From contig JAYUGC010000154.1 of NCBI GenBank assembly GCA_043767805.1, forward strand, positions 1 to 24,274: a DNA stretch of 24,274 nt, written 5' to 3'. This document shows positions 24,051 through 24,274 of the stretch, in pieces; within the stretch, counting starts at the first letter, position 1, and every line of letters starts with the position of its first letter. The position numbers and the translations under genes are program-made. This DNA is from Pseudomonadota bacterium. GTDB lineage: Bacteria; Bdellovibrionota; FAC87; UBA2466. A model generated the notes under the pieces. The model searched no databases. It had not been told where the DNA came from and worked only from the letters and a program-made list of their open reading frames with translations.

Positions 24051-24274
24051 GTGTCCAAACTCACTTTTGCCATTCCTTACTACTCCGAGCCCGCCTATCT
24101 ACGGCGCGCGCTGGAGAGTCTTGCTTCACAGAGCGGGCGGGATTTCAAAATTCTCGTGGTCGATGATGGGGGTCTTAATGCCAAGGGCGAGGACGTCGTA
24201 AAAGAGTTTAAGGCGCTCGGCATTCGCTACGAGCGAAACGAGAAGAACCTCGGCACCGCCGGCAACTGGAACCG
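24051..24274 (+). CDS. GT2-family glycosyltransferase, N-terminal part (runs off the window; not in the ORF track)
   Basis: Manual translation: MSKLTFAIPYYSEPAYLRRALESLASQSGRDFKILVVDDGG...IRYERNEKNLGTAGNWN, a typical GT2 N-terminus. Confidence 0.88.
   Translation, partial: MSKLTFAIPYYSEPAYLRRALESLASQSGRDFKILVVDDGGLNAKGEDVVKEFKALGIRYERNEKNLGTAGNWN

Noticed and set aside
23966..24073. N-terminal extension of the GT2 ORF to 24073 (similarly the 3510 and 9673 starts)
   Set aside because: The extension overlaps a divergent gene and its promoters. The shorter starts fit domain boundaries, coupling or RBS better.
1..24274. CRISPR arrays, tRNA/rRNA genes, mobile elements and wzx/wzy/wzm/wzt export genes
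   Set aside because: None seen by eye, so the glycan type (O-antigen, capsule or protein-linked) cannot be determined from this window.

Overview
This is a GC-rich bacterial surface-glycan (LPS/capsule/glycoprotein) biosynthesis locus with about 21 complete or partial CDSs. No rRNA, tRNA, CRISPR array or transposase is visible. The core is a minus-strand operon (17768->8162): NeuB-family synthase, KdsC-type HAD phosphatase, SDR, aldehyde dehydrogenase, single-chain transketolase-like ThDP enzyme, NeuA-family cytidylyltransferase, and two paralogous GT-B-like 'SWDNLxTKG' proteins. A third paralog is transcribed divergently. No NeuC, aminotransferase or N-acyltransferase gene lies in the window. 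By eye, the synthase resembles the phosphorylated-substrate (NANS/KDN-9-P) type, and the transketolase appears to have lost its acceptor-phosphate and acceptor-hydroxyl residues. Together these suggest (inference) an uncharacterised pathway that makes a Kdn-like ulosonic acid and then remodels its carbon skeleton. The flanks carry four SAM methyltransferases, a pair of paralogous GT-A proteins, a GT42/Maf-like + GT8-like fusion, two GT2 enzymes and a low-GC Fe(II)/2OG dioxygenase. A frameshifted cardiolipin synthase remnant, absent from the ORF track, sits in an intergenic gap. All family calls are by motif recognition only; no searches were run.
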